DNA from: Escherichia phage vB_EcoS-569R4
Direction: 5' to 3' (one strand)
Sequence record: ON470598
DNA: 37,380 bases
Shown here: one piece after another, positions 25,335-36,418 of the stretch
Layout of the letters: every line of letters begins with the position of its first letter
Position numbering within the stretch: the stretch's first letter is position 1
Made by a program: the position numbers and the translations under genes
The notes under the pieces: generated by a model
Told to the model about the DNA's origin: nothing
Database searches by the model: none
What the model saw: only the letters and a program-made list of their open reading frames with translations

Positions 25335-28300
25335 TTTGGGGATTGATGCGGCAGAGTTTAAAAATGAAATTCCCCGTATCAAAAACCTTCTGAATGGTGC
25401 AGCCAGCGATGCAGAACGGTCTTCTGCCCGTATGCAGCGTTTTATGGAGCGTCAGACTCAGGCCGCCCGGCAGACAATGCAGGCGGCTTCTTCGGCTGCA
25501 ACAGCCGCATCCGTCCATGCGCAGACGGTGGAGAAGAGCGCACAGGCTCATGAACGCATGGCCCGCGAGGTGGAGCAAACCCGCCAGCGTATGGAGGCAC
25601 TGAGCCAGAAAATGCGCGAGGAACAGGCGCAGGCCATGGCTCTGGCGGAGGCTCAGGATAAAGCGGCTGCCGCGTTTTATCGTCAGATTGACAGTGTGAA
25701 ACAGGCCAGTGCGGGACTGCAGGAATTACAGCGTATTCAGCAGCAGATCCGACAGGCCAGAAACAGTGGCGGGATTGGTCAGCAGGATTATCTGGCGCTG
25801 ATTTCTGAGGTTACGGCGAAAACCGGTGTTCTTACGCAGGCTGAGGCAGAGGCTACCCGACAGAAAGTGGCGTTTATCCGTCAGCTTAAAGAGCAGGCAA
25901 CCCGCCAGAATCTTTCTTCTTCTGAGTTGCTTCGTGCTAAGGCTGCCCAGCTGGGGGTAAGCAGTGCTGCAGAAGTGTATATCCGCAAAATGGAGCAGGC
26001 AGGAAAAGCCACGCATTCGCTGGGTCTGAAAAGTGCAGCGGCCCGCCAGGAGATAGGCGTTCTGATAGGTGAACTGGCTCGCGGCAATTTAGGTGCGCTG
26101 AGGGGATCCGGGATAACGCTGGCTAACCGTGCCGGATGGATAGACACACTGATGTCACCGAAAGGCATGATGCTGAGCGGGGTTATTGGCGGTATTGCCG
26201 CGGCCGTCTATGGTCTGGGTAAAGCCTGGTATGATGGTCAGAAGGAGGGGGAAGAATTTAACCGCCAGTTGTCGCTGACGGGGCATTATGCCGGAGTCAC
26301 TGCCGGGCAGCTGTGGACGCTCAGTCGTGCTATTTCCGGGAATGGTATTACGCAACATGCTGCAGCCGGTGCGCTGGCTCAGGTGGTGGGGAGTGGTGCA
26401 TTTCGTGGAAACGATATCGGTATGGTGGCGAGAGCTGCCGCACAGATGGAGCGATCGGTTGGCCAGTCGGTCAGCGATACCATAAATCAGTTTAAGCGGC
26501 TGAAGGATGATCCTGTAAATGCCGCGAAGGCTCTGGACAATGAGCTGCATTTTCTTACTGCCACTCAGCTTGAGCAGATACGCGTCCTTGGGGAACAGGG
26601 GCGGTCCAGTGATGCGGCACGGATAGCCATGTCTGCACTGGCAGAGGAAACCGGTCGGCGTACTGCGGATATTGATAATAACCTCAATGCGCTGGGCAGT
26701 ACGCTGAAGTATCTGTCTGATTTATGGAGTCGTTTCTGGGATGCGGCCATGAATATTGGTCGTGAAGACTCGCTGGATGAACAGATTTCCGCTTTACAGG
26801 AGAAAGTGTCGCGGGCGAAAAGACTCCCCTGGACGGCATCATCTTCTCAGGTTGAGTACGATCAGCAGCGTCTTAACGAGCTTCAGGAGAAAAAACGCCA
26901 GAAGGATTTGCAGGATGCAAAAGAGCAGGCAGAGCGGAATTATCAGGAGCAACAGAAACGCCGTAATGCTGAAAATGCTGCACTGAACCGGATGAATGAA
27001 ACGGAAGCAGCACGACATCAGCGTGAAATTGCGCGTATTAATGCCATGCAGTACGCCGATCAGGCTGTCAGGGATGCGGCGATACAACGTGAAAATGAAC
27101 GTTACGAGAAAGCCCTGGCATCCGGTAAGAAAAAAACACGCGACCCCCGTAATGATGAGGCCACCCGGTTATTGCTGCAGTACAGTCAGCAACAGGCACA
27201 GGTGGAAGGACAGATTGCTGCTGCCAGACAGTCAGCAGGCATTGCCACGGAAAGGATGACAGAAGCGCATAAACAGCTTCTGGCTCTGCAGCAGCGCATC
27301 AGCGACCTGGACGGGAAAAAACTGACGGCAGATGAAAAGAGTGTGCTGGCCCGTAAAGATGAACTGATTCAGGCACTGACGCTGCTGGATGTAAAACAGC
27401 AGGAGCTTCAGAAACAGACGGCACTCAACGAGCTGAAGAAAAAAACAATTCAGCTGACCAGTCAACTGGCTGAAGAAGAGCGCGCTCAGCGTCAGCAACA
27501 TGACCTGGATATCGCCACGGTGGGTATGGGTGATCAGCAGCGGCAGCGATATCAGGTACAACTGAGTCTTCGCCAGAAATACCAGCAACAGCTGGAGCAG
27601 TTGAGGCGGGATAGTGAGCAGAAAGGAACATATAACACGGATGACTACAGAAAGGCCGAGCAGGCGCTGACGGAGAGCCTGAACCGACAACTGAATGAGA
27701 ATCGCCGTTACTGGCAACAGCTTGAAGTTGTGCAGGGTAACTGGAAAAACGGAGTCCTGCGTGCATTTCAGGATTTTACCGTGGATGCAGATAATACGGC
27801 AGGAACAGCAGAACAGGTGTTCTCGTCAGCCTTCAGCAACATGGGAAATGGCCTGGCAACTTTTGTCACTACCGGCAAACTCAATTTCAAATCCTTCACC
27901 TCTTCTGTGCTGTCAGATATGGCGAAAATCCTGGCGCAGGCAACCATGATGAAATCGATAAAAGGGATTGGCAGTGTACTGGGATTTGATCTCAGCAGCC
28001 TTTCCCTGAATGCCAATGGGGGGATTTATCAGTCTGCTGATTTGAGTCGTTACAGTGGCACGGTGGTTAACCGTCCGACGTTTTTTGCTTTTGCAAAAGG
28101 CGCGGGTGTGATGGGGGAAGCGGGACCTGAAGCCATTCTGCCACTGCGTCGTGGTGCTGACGGTAAGCTGGGGGTTGTGGCGGATATTGGTGGTTCAGGT
28201 ATGGCGATGTTTGCCCCGCAGTACAACATCGAGATCAATAACGATGGCACGAACGGGCAGATAGGTCCGGCTGCCCTGAAGGTGGTTTATGACCTCGGGA

Positions 28301-28371
28301 AAAAAGCGGCAGCGGACTTTATGCAACAGCAGGCCCGTGATGGTGGTCGGTTAAGTGGAGCATATCGGTAA
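25306..28371 (+). CDS. H: tail tape measure protein (lambda gpH-like)
   Basis: ~1020 aa coiled-coil-rich ORF after G/T; start at the ATG at 25306 with GGAGG upstream. Confidence 0.85.
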   Translation: MDQIANLVIDLGIDAAEFKNEIPRIKNLLNGAASDAERSSARMQRFMERQTQAARQTMQAASSAATAASVHAQTVEKSAQAHERMAREVEQTRQRMEALSQKMREEQAQAMALAEAQDKAAAAFYRQIDSVKQASAGLQELQRIQQQIRQARNSGGIGQQDYLALISEVTAKTGVLTQAEAEATRQKVAFIRQLKEQATRQNLSSSELLRAKAAQLGVSSAAEVYIRKMEQAGKATHSLGLKSAAARQEIGVLIGELARGNLGALRGSGITLANRAGWIDTLMSPKGMMLSGVIGGIAAAVYGLGKAWYDGQKEGEEFNRQLSLTGHYAGVTAGQLWTLSRAISGNGITQHAAAGALAQVVGSGAFRGNDIGMVARAAAQMERSVGQSVSDTINQFKRLKDDPVNAAKALDNELHFLTATQLEQIRVLGEQGRSSDAARIAMSALAEETGRRTADIDNNLNALGSTLKYLSDLWSRFWDAAMNIGREDSLDEQISALQEKVSRAKRLPWTASSSQVEYDQQRLNELQEKKRQKDLQDAKEQAERNYQEQQKRRNAENAALNRMNETEAARHQREIARINAMQYADQAVRDAAIQRENERYEKALASGKKKTRDPRNDEATRLLLQYSQQQAQVEGQIAAARQSAGIATERMTEAHKQLLALQQRISDLDGKKLTADEKSVLARKDELIQALTLLDVKQQELQKQTALNELKKKTIQLTSQLAEEERAQRQQHDLDIATVGMGDQQRQRYQVQLSLRQKYQQQLEQLRRDSEQKGTYNTDDYRKAEQALTESLNRQLNENRRYWQQLEVVQGNWKNGVLRAFQDFTVDADNTAGTAEQVFSSAFSNMGNGLATFVTTGKLNFKSFTSSVLSDMAKILAQATMMKSIKGIGSVLGFDLSSLSLNANGGIYQSADLSRYSGTVVNRPTFFAFAKGAGVMGEAGPEAILPLRRGADGKLGVVADIGGSGMAMFAPQYNIEINNDGTNGQIGPAALKVVYDLGKKAAADFMQQQARDGGRLSGAYR

Positions 28372-28700
28372 TGGAGACGTTTCACTGGAAAGTGCGCCCG
28401 GATATGAATGTGGTATCAGAGCCGAAAGTGGTGACAGTGAAGCTGGGCGATGGTTATGAACAGCGTCGTGCGGCGGGACTGAATAACCAGTTGTCGATTT
28501 ACAGCGTGACGATACGTGTTCGTAAATGTGAACACCCATCTTTAAAAGCCTTTCTGGAACGGCACGGTGGCGTCCGCGCATTTCAGTGGACGCCACCTTA
28601 TGACTGGAAGCCGATCAGGGTGGTTTGTCGTAAATGGTCGGCAAGCGTGGGGGCGCTGTGGATAACCATAACGGCAGATTTTGAACAGGTCGTGGCATAG
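28371..28700 (+). CDS. M: minor tail protein M
   Basis: 109 aa, the same length as lambda M; ATG overlaps the H stop. Confidence 0.8.
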   Translation: METFHWKVRPDMNVVSEPKVVTVKLGDGYEQRRAAGLNNQLSIYSVTIRVRKCEHPSLKAFLERHGGVRAFQWTPPYDWKPIRVVCRKWSASVGALWITITADFEQVVA

Positions 28701-28709
28701 GAGGCTCTG

Positions 28710-29408
28710 ATGCAGGATATTCCACAGGAAACACATCATGAGACGACACGCCTCACTCAGTCAGCCCAGGTGGTGCTCTGGGAAATCGATCTGACAGAGG
28801 TCGGTGGTGAACGTTATTTTTTCTGTAATGAGCAGAACGAAAAAGGTGAGCCGGTTACCTGGCAGGGGCGGCAGTATCAGGCATACCCCATTCAGGGGAC
28901 GGGATTTGAACTGAATGGCAAGGGCAGTGCTGCCCGTCCGACACTGACGGTTTCTAACCTGCACGGCATGGTCACCGGGATGGCGGAAGACCTGCAGAGT
29001 CTGGTCGGCGGAACGGTGGTCCGGCGTAAGGTTTACGCCCGTTTTCTGGATGCGGTGAACTTCGTCAACGGAAACAGTGACGCCGATCCGGAGCAGGAGG
29101 TGATCAGCCGCTGGCGCATCGAGCAGTGCAGCGAACTGAGCGCGGTGAGTGCCTCTTTTGTACTGTCCACGCCGACGGAAACGGATGGCGCTGTTTTTCC
29201 GGGACGTATCATGCTGGCCAACACCTGCACCTGGACCTATCGCGGTGATGAGTGCGGTTATCACGGTCCGGCAGTCGCGGATGAATATGACCAGCCGACG
29301 TCCGATATCACGAAGGATAAATGCAGCAAATGCCTGAGCGGCTGTAAGTTTCGCAATAACGTCGGCAACTTTGGCGGCTTCCTTTCCATTAACAAACTTT
29401 CGCAGTAA
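28710..29408 (+). CDS. L: minor tail protein L
   Basis: 232 aa, the same length as lambda L; C-terminal Cys cluster (CSKCLSGC). Confidence 0.8.
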   Translation: MQDIPQETHHETTRLTQSAQVVLWEIDLTEVGGERYFFCNEQNEKGEPVTWQGRQYQAYPIQGTGFELNGKGSAARPTLTVSNLHGMVTGMAEDLQSLVGGTVVRRKVYARFLDAVNFVNGNSDADPEQEVISRWRIEQCSELSAVSASFVLSTPTETDGAVFPGRIMLANTCTWTYRGDECGYHGPAVADEYDQPTSDITKDKCSKCLSGCKFRNNVGNFGGFLSINKLSQ

Positions 29409-29412
29409 TCCC

Positions 29413-30156
29413 ATGACAGAGACAGAATCAGCGATTCTGGCGCACGCCCGGCGATGTGCGCCAGCGGAGTCGTGCGGCTTCGTGGTGAGAACGCCGGAGG
29501 GGGAAAGATATTTTCCCTGCGTGAATATCTCCGGTGAGCCGGAGGATTATTTCCGGATGTCGCCGGAGGACTGGCTGAGTGCAGAAATGCAGGGAGAGAT
29601 TGTGGCGCTGGTCCACAGCCACCCCGGTGGTCTGCCCTGGCTGAGTGAGGCCGACCGGCGGCTGCAGGTGCAGAGTGATTTGCCGTGGTGGCTGGTCTGC
29701 CGGGGGGCGATTCATAAATTCCGCTGTGTGCCGCATCTCACCGGGCGGCGCTTTGAGCACGGGGTGACGGACTGTTACACGCTGTTCCGGGACGCTTACC
29801 ATCTGGCGGGAATTGAGATGCCGGATTTGCATCGCGGGGATGACTGGTGGCGTCACGGCCAGAATCTCTATCTTGACAATATGGAGGCAACGGGTTTTTA
29901 CCGTGTCCCACTGACAGAGGCGCAGCCTGGCGACGTGCTGCTGTGCTGTTTTGGTTCATCGGTGCCGAATCATGCCGCCATTTACTGTGGCGACGGCGAG
30001 CTGCTGCACCATATTCCTGAACAACTGAGTAAACGAGAGAGGTACACCGACAAATGGCAGCGACGCACACACTCCCTCTGGCGTCACCGGGCATGGCACG
30101 CATCTGCCTTTACGGGGATTTGCAACGATTTGGTCGCCGTATCGACCTTCGTGTGA
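29413..30156 (+). CDS. K: tail assembly protein K (JAB/MPN plus NlpC/P60-like domains)
   Basis: HSHP JAB-like motif and Cys/His of an NlpC/P60-like domain (TDCYTLF, NHAAIY); track ORF trimmed to MTETESAIL. Confidence 0.75.
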   Translation: MTETESAILAHARRCAPAESCGFVVRTPEGERYFPCVNISGEPEDYFRMSPEDWLSAEMQGEIVALVHSHPGGLPWLSEADRRLQVQSDLPWWLVCRGAIHKFRCVPHLTGRRFEHGVTDCYTLFRDAYHLAGIEMPDLHRGDDWWRHGQNLYLDNMEATGFYRVPLTEAQPGDVLLCCFGSSVPNHAAIYCGDGELLHHIPEQLSKRERYTDKWQRRTHSLWRHRAWHASAFTGICNDLVAVSTFV

Positions 30157-30701
30157 AAACGGGGGCTGAAGCCATCCGGGCACTGGCCACACAGCTCCCG
30201 GCGTTTCGTCAGAAACTGAGCGACGGCTGGTATCAGGTACGGATTGCCGGGCGTGATGCAGGCGAAAATGAATTATCTGCCCGTCTTAATGAGCCGCTGG
30301 CAAATGGTGCCGTGATCCACATCGTGCCGCGTCTGGCGGGAGCTAAAAGTGGCGGTGTGTTTCAGGTGGTGCTTGGGGCGGCGCTGATTGCGGTGGCATG
30401 GTGGAACCCTGTGGGCTGGCTGGGGGCCGCGGCTGTATCGGGCATGTATGCGGCAGGGGCCAGTATGATCCTGGGCGGAGTGGCGCAGATGCTGGCACCG
30501 AAAGCCAGGACGCCCACGGCAGCCAGTACAGATAACGGCAAACAGAACACCTATTTCTCCTCACTGGATAACATGGTTGCCCAGGGCAATGTTCTGCCTG
30601 TTCTGTACGGTGAAATGCGCGTGGGGTCTCGCGTGGTTTCTCAGGAGATCAGCACGGCAGACGAAGGGGACGGTGGTCAGGTTGTGGTGATTGGTCGCTG
30701 A
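30054..30701 (+). CDS. I: tail assembly protein I
   Basis: 215 aa overlapping the K 3' end in another frame; hydrophobic middle segment; matches lambda I as I recall it. Start uncertain (alternative internal Met). Confidence 0.7.
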   Translation: MAATHTLPLASPGMARICLYGDLQRFGRRIDLRVKTGAEAIRALATQLPAFRQKLSDGWYQVRIAGRDAGENELSARLNEPLANGAVIHIVPRLAGAKSGGVFQVVLGAALIAVAWWNPVGWLGAAAVSGMYAAGASMILGGVAQMLAPKARTPTAASTDNGKQNTYFSSLDNMVAQGNVLPVLYGEMRVGSRVVSQEISTADEGDGGQVVVIGR

Positions 30702-30761
30702 TGCAAAATGTTTTATGTGAAACCGCCTGCGGGCGGTTTTGTCATTTATGGAGCGTGAGGA

Positions 30762-33700
30762 ATGGGTAAAGGCAGCAGTAAGGGGCATACCCCGCGCGAA
30801 GCGAAGGACAACCTGAAGTCCACGCAGCTGCTGAGTGTGATCGATGCCATCAGCGAAGGGCCGGTTGAAGGTCCGGTGGATGGATTAAAAAGCGTGCTGC
30901 TGAACAGTACGCCGGTGCTGGACACTGAGGGGAATACCAACATCTCCGGTGTCACGGTGGTGTTCCGGGCAGGTGAGCAGGAGCAGACACCGCCGGAGGG
31001 GTTTGAATCCTCCGGCTCCGAGACGGTGCTGGGTACGGAAGTGAAATATGACACGCCGATCACCCGCACCATTACGTCTGCAAACATCGACCGTCTGCGC
31101 TTTACCTTCGGCGTGCAGGCACTGGTGGAAACCACCTCAAAGGGGGACCGGAATCCGTCGGAAGTCCGCCTGCTGGTTCAGATCCAGCGTAATGGTGGCT
31201 GGGTGACGGAAAAAGACATCACCATTAAGGGCAAAACCACCTCGCAGTATCTGGCCTCGGTGGTGGTGGGTAACCTGCCGCCGCGCCCGTTCAATATACG
31301 GATGCGCAGGATGACGCGGGACAGCACCACAGACCAGCTGCAGAACAAAACGCTCTGGTCGTCATACACCGAAATCATCGATGTGAAACAGTGCTACCCG
31401 AACACGGCACTGGTCGGCGTGCAGGTGGATTCGGAGCAGTTCGGCAGCCAGCAGGTGAGCCGTAATTATCATCTGCGCGGGCGCATTCTGCAGGTGCCGT
31501 CGAACTATAACCCGCAGACGCGGCAATACAGCGGTATCTGGGACGGAACGTTTAAGCCAGCATACAGCAACAACATGGCCTGGTGTCTGTGGGATATGCT
31601 GACCCATCCGCGCTACGGCATGGGGAAACGTCTTGGTGCGGCGGATGTGGACAAATGGGCGCTGTATGTCATCGGCCAGCATTGCGATCAGTCGGTGCCG
31701 GACGGTTTTGGCGGCACGGAGCCGCGCATCACCTGTAATGCCTGGCTGACCACACAGCGCAAGGCGTGGGATGTGCTCAGTGATTTCTGCTCTGCGATGC
31801 GCTGTATGCCGGTATGGAACGGGCAGACGCTGACGTTCGTGCAGGACCGACCGTCGGATAAGGTGTGGACCTATAACCGCAGTAATGTGGTGATGCCGGA
31901 TGATGGTGCGCCGTTCCGCTACAGCTTCAGCGCCCTGAAGGACCGCCATAATGCCGTTGAGGTGAACNNNNNNNNNNAATAACGGCTGGGAGACGGCGAC
32001 AGAGCTTGTGGAGGACACGCAGGCCATTGCCCGTTACGGTCGTAACGTCACGAAGATGGATGCTTTTGGCTGTACCAGCCGGGGGCAGGCACACCGCGCC
32101 GGGCTGTGGCTGATTAAAACAGAACTGCTGGAAACGCAGACCGTGGACTTCAGCGTGGGTGCCGAAGGGCTTCGCCATGTACCGGGCGATGTCATTGAAA
32201 TCTGCGATGATGACTATGCCGGTATCCGCACCGGCGGGCGCGTGCTGGCGGTAAACAGCCAGACCCGGACGCTGACGCTCGACCGTGAAATCACGCTGCC
32301 ATCTTCCGGCACCACGCTGATAAGCCTGGTTGACGGGCAGGGGAGTCCGGTCAGCGTGGAGGTTCAGTCCGTCACCGACGGCGTGAAGGTGAAAGTGAGC
32401 CGTGTTCCTGACGGCGTTGCTGAATACAGCGTATGGGGGCTGAAGCTGCCGACGTTGCGCCAGCGCCTGTTCCGCTGCGTGAGTATCCGTGAGAACGACG
32501 ACGGCACGTATGCCATCACCGCCGTGCAGCATGTACCGGAAAAAGAGGCCATCGTGGATAACGGGGCGCACTTTGACGGCGACCAGAGCTGCACGGTAAA
32601 TGGTGTCACGCCGCCAGCGGTGCAGCACCTGACCGCAGAAGTCACCGCAGACAGCGGGGAATACCAGGTGCTGGCCCGCTGGGACACGCCGAAGGTGGTG
32701 AAGGGCGTGAGCTTCCTGCTTCGCCTGACCGTGGCAGCGGATGACGGCCGTGAGCGGCTGGTCAGCACGGCCCGGACGACGGAAACCACATACCGCTTCA
32801 CACAACTGGCGCTGGGGAACTACAGGCTGACAGTCCGGGCAGTAAATGCGTGGGGGCAGCAGGGCGATCCGGCGTCGGTATCGTTCCGGATTGCCGCACC
32901 GGCAGCGCCGTCGCGGATTGAGCTGACGCCGGGCTATTTTCAGATAACCGCCACGCCGCATCTTGCGGTTTATGACCCGACGGTACAGTTTGAGTTCTGG
33001 TTCTCGGAAAAACGGATTGCGGATATCAGGCAGGTTGAAACCAGCGCGCGTTATCTTGGTACGGCACTGTACTGGATAGCCGCCAGTATCAATATCAAAC
33101 CGGGCCATGATTATTATTTTTACGTTCGCAGTGTGAACACCGTTGGCAAATCGGCATTCGTGGAGGCTGTCGGTCAGCCGAGTGATGATGCATCAGGCTA
33201 TCTGGATTTTTTCAAAGGCGAGATAGGGAAAACCCATCTGGCTCAGGAGCTGTGGACGCAGATTGATAACGGTCAGCTTGCGCCTGACCTGACTGAAATC
33301 AGGACGTCCATAACGGATGTCAGCAATGAAATAACACAGACCGTCAATAAGAAACTGGAAGACCAGAGTGCAGCGATCCAGCAGATACAGAAGGTTCAGG
33401 TTGATACAAATAATAACCTGAACAGCATGTGGGCAGTGAAGCTGCAGCAGATGCAGGACGGACGCCTTTATATTGCGGGTATCGGTGCCGGTATTGAGAA
33501 CACCCCTGACGGCATGCAGAGTCAGGTGCTGCTGGCAGCAGACAGGATTGCGATGATTAATCCTGCGAATGGCAACACAAAGCCGATGTTTGTTGGTCAG
33601 GGCGATCAGATATTCATGAATGAAGTGTTCCTGAAACGCCTGACGGCCCCCACCATTACCAGCGGCGGTAATCCTCCGGCATTTTCCCTGACATCAGACG

Positions 33701-34257
33701 GGAGACTGACGGCGAAAAATGCGGATATCAGTGGCAGTGTGAATGCGAACTCAGGAACGCTCAACAATGTCACGATTAACCAGAACTGTACGATTAAGGG
33801 CATGCTGGAGGCGACCCAGGTCAGAGGAGATTTCGTTAAAGCTGTATCAAAAGCCTTCCCGAAAAAAGTCGGTACGTGGGGTAACACGGAAACACCAAAC
33901 GGTACGGTTACAGTCACCATCAGCGATGATCATAACTTTGACCGCCAGATTATTATTCCGCCCATTATTTTTAACGGTATAGCGTATGACGATCCGGGGA
34001 GCGGAAATAACCCAGGAGGCACGCGATACACGGGTTATGGTTTTGAAGTTCGCAAAAACGGCGTATTAATCGCATCCAGAGAAACTAAAGGGGCCATTCC
34101 CGGTAGTTACAGTGCGGTTATTGATATGCCGAGTGGCAGGGGAAGCGTCACTCTGGAGTTTAAGATTTTCCAGAAAGGCAATCAGGGGGCAGGCAATATC
34201 ACCGACTGTACGGTGATTGTGACCAAAAAAGCCGCTTCCGGCATCAGTATTCGTTGA
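30762..34257 (+). CDS. J: tail tip/host-specificity protein J (one gene, artificially split by the N-run at 31968-31977)
   Basis: Track ORFs 30762..31982 and 32008..34257 together give ~1155 aa; N-terminus [24 protein letters not shown] matches lambda J as I recall it. Confidence 0.85.
31968..31977. other. run of 10 N (assembly gap or mask) inside J
   Basis: Literal n characters in the sequence; flanking reading frames differ, so the true missing length is not 10. Confidence 1.
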
Positions 34258-34278
34258 AATATTTATAACCCCAATAAA

Positions 34279-34304
34279 GGGCGTCAGGAATGACGCCTTT
34301 TTTA
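34279..34304 (+). terminator. intrinsic terminator after J (GGGCGTCA-ggaa-TGACGCC followed by T-run)
   Basis: 7-8-bp stem, 4-nt loop, TTTTTTA. Confidence 0.6.
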
Positions 34305-34327
34305 TTGCAGAAAAGCGAGAGGTAATT

Positions 34328-34927
34328 ATGCGTAAAGTTTGTGCAGCCATTTTGTCCGCAGCCATTTGTCTGGCCGTATCCGGTGCGCCTGCATGGGCGT
34401 CTGAACATCAGTCCACGCTGAGCGCGGGGTATCTTCATGCCTCGATGAACGTCCCCGGCAGTGATGATCTGAACGGGATTAACGTGAAATACCGTTATGA
34501 GTTTACGGACACACTGGGGCTGGTGACGTCATTCAGCTATGCAGGAGACAAGAATCGCCAGCTGACCCGTTACAGCGATACCCGCTGGCATGAAGATTCC
34601 GTTCGTAACCGCTGGTTCAGCGTAATGGCGGGGCCGTCTGTGCGCGTGAATGAATGGTTCAGCGCGTATGCGATGGCGGGTGTGGCTTACAGCCGTGTGT
34701 CGACTTTCTCCGGGGATTATCTGCAGGTGACCGACAATACGGGGAAAACGCACGATGTGCTGACCGGAAGTGATGACGGTCGCCACAGCAACACGTCTCT
34801 GGCGTGGGGGGCTGGCGTGCAGTTTAACCCGACCGAATCCGTGGCCGTTGATGTCGCTTATGAAGGCTCCGGCAGCGGTGACTGGCGCACTGACGGGTTC
34901 ATCGTGGGTGTTGGTTATAAATTCTGA
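34328..34927 (+). CDS. lom: Lom outer-membrane protein (Ail/Lom family)
   Basis: 199 aa with signal peptide (AAILSAAICLAVSGAPAWA) and a beta-barrel-like sequence ending in an aromatic residue (GYKF); matches lambda Lom as I recall it. Confidence 0.85.
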   Translation: MRKVCAAILSAAICLAVSGAPAWASEHQSTLSAGYLHASMNVPGSDDLNGINVKYRYEFTDTLGLVTSFSYAGDKNRQLTRYSDTRWHEDSVRNRWFSVMAGPSVRVNEWFSAYAMAGVAYSRVSTFSGDYLQVTDNTGKTHDVLTGSDDGRHSNTSLAWGAGVQFNPTESVAVDVAYEGSGSGDWRTDGFIVGVGYKF

Positions 34928-34953
34928 TTAGCCAGGTAACACAGTGTTATGAC

Positions 34954-34980
34954 AGCCCGCCGGTTCAGGCGGGCTTTTTT
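34954..34980 (+). terminator. intrinsic terminator after lom (AGCCCGCC-ggttca-GGCGGGCT followed by T6)
   Basis: Perfect 8-bp GC-rich stem and T-run. Confidence 0.65.
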
Positions 34981-34991
34981 GTGGGGTGAAT

Positions 34992-36035
34992 ATGGCAGTA
35001 AAAATTTCAGGTGTACTGAAAGACGGCACAGGAAAACCGGTACAGAACTGCACAATCCAGCTGAAAGCAAAACGTAACAGTACCACGGTGGTGGTGAACA
35101 CGCTGGCATCTGAAAATCCGGATGAAGCCGGGCGTTACAGTATGGACGTTGAGTACGGTCAGTACAGCGTTATTCTGTTGGTGGAAGGATTCCCGCCGTC
35201 ACATGCCGGGACCATCACAGTGTATGAAGATTCCCGACCCGGTACGCTGAATGATTTTCTCGGTGCCATGACGGAGGATGATGCCCGTCCGGAGGCACTG
35301 CGCCGTTTTGAGCTGATGGTGGAAGAGGTGGCGCGTAACGCGTCCGTGGTGGCACAGAACACGGCAGCCGCGAAGAAGTCAGCCAGTGATGCCAGCACAT
35401 CAGCCCGTGAGGCGGCAACCCATGCGACTGATGCTGCAGGCTCAGCACGCGCAGCCAGCACGTCAGCCGGACAGGCCGCGTCGTCGGCTCAGTCAGCGAC
35501 TTCCAGCGCAGGAACGGCATCAACAAAGGCCACTGAAGCATCAAAAAGTGCTGCCGCTGCAGAGTCCTCAAAAAGCGCGGCAGCTACCAGTGCCAGTGCC
35601 GCGAAAACGTCAGAAACGAATGCTGCAGCGTCACAACAATCAGCAGCCACTTCTGCATCCACCGCGACCACGAAAGCGTCAGAAGCTGCCACTTCAGCCC
35701 GGGATGCGGCGGCTTCAAAAGAGGCGGCAAAATCATCAGAAACGAACGCATCCTCGAGCGCCAGTAGCGCAGCTTCCTCGGCAACAGCGGCAGGAAATTC
35801 CGCGAAGGCGGCAAAAACGTCAGAGACGAACGCCAGGTCTTCTGAAACGGCAGCGGGACAGAGCGCCTCGGCTGCGGCAGGCTCAAAAACAGCGGCTGCG
35901 TCGTCTGCCAGTGCAGCGTCAACAAGTGCCGGGCAGGCCTCAGCCAGTGCCACCGCCGCCGGAAAATCGGCAGAAAGCGCCGCATCATCCGCTTCAACAG
36001 CCACAACGAAGGCTGGCAAAGCCACTGAGCAAGCC
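34992..36035 (+). CDS. stf: side tail fibre protein Stf, N-terminal part (truncated by the N-run at 36036)
   Basis: MAVKISGVLKDGTGKPVQNCTIQLKA... N-terminus followed by Ala/Ser/Thr-rich repeats (SAxxASTSA, AAKTSETNA) typical of lambdoid Stf. Confidence 0.75.
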
Positions 36036-36045
36036 NNNNNNNNNN
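36036..36045. other. run of 10 N (scaffold join) between a mid-gene stf sequence and a mid-gene lom sequence
   Basis: Literal n characters; the sequence on the left is the stf interior and on the right the lom 3' half, which cannot be a native junction. Confidence 1.
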
Positions 36046-36267
36046 TTCTCCGGGGATTATCTCCGCGTAACTGACAACAAGGGGAAAACGCACGATGTGC
36101 TGACCGGAAGTGATGACGGTCGCCACAGCAACACGTCTCTGGCGTGGGGGGCTGGCGTGCAGTTTAACCCGACCGAATCCGTGACCATTGACCTTGCTTA
36201 TGAAGGTTCCGGTAGTGGCGACTGGCGAACGGATGCATTTATTGTTGGTATCGGATACCGTTTCTGA
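36046..36267 (+). CDS. lom: Lom C-terminal fragment, second diverged copy (5' part missing at the gap)
   Basis: FSGDYLRVTDNKGKTHDVLTGSDDGRHSNTSLAWGAGVQFNPTES...GYRF parallels 34706-34927 with several substitutions. Confidence 0.6.
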   Translation, partial: FSGDYLRVTDNKGKTHDVLTGSDDGRHSNTSLAWGAGVQFNPTESVTIDLAYEGSGSGDWRTDAFIVGIGYRF

Positions 36268-36418
36268 CAACAGACGCCGATTTATCTTCTGTAAATATTG
36301 TTATGATACGCAGGTTCATCCACCTTATGGGGTGAACTGCGTTTGAGGAAACGTAAAGTTACACTGTCCTGAAGCCCGTGGCGTCACTGCTGCGGGCTTT
36401 TTTTATTGGTGGAAAAGT

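Noticed and set aside
25216-28250. Numerous antisense and alternate-frame ORFs within the tape measure gene (e.g. 26155..26550, 27232..27717, 27425..27766)
   Set aside because: Embedded in a long, well-supported coiled-coil tape measure ORF; typical spurious frames.
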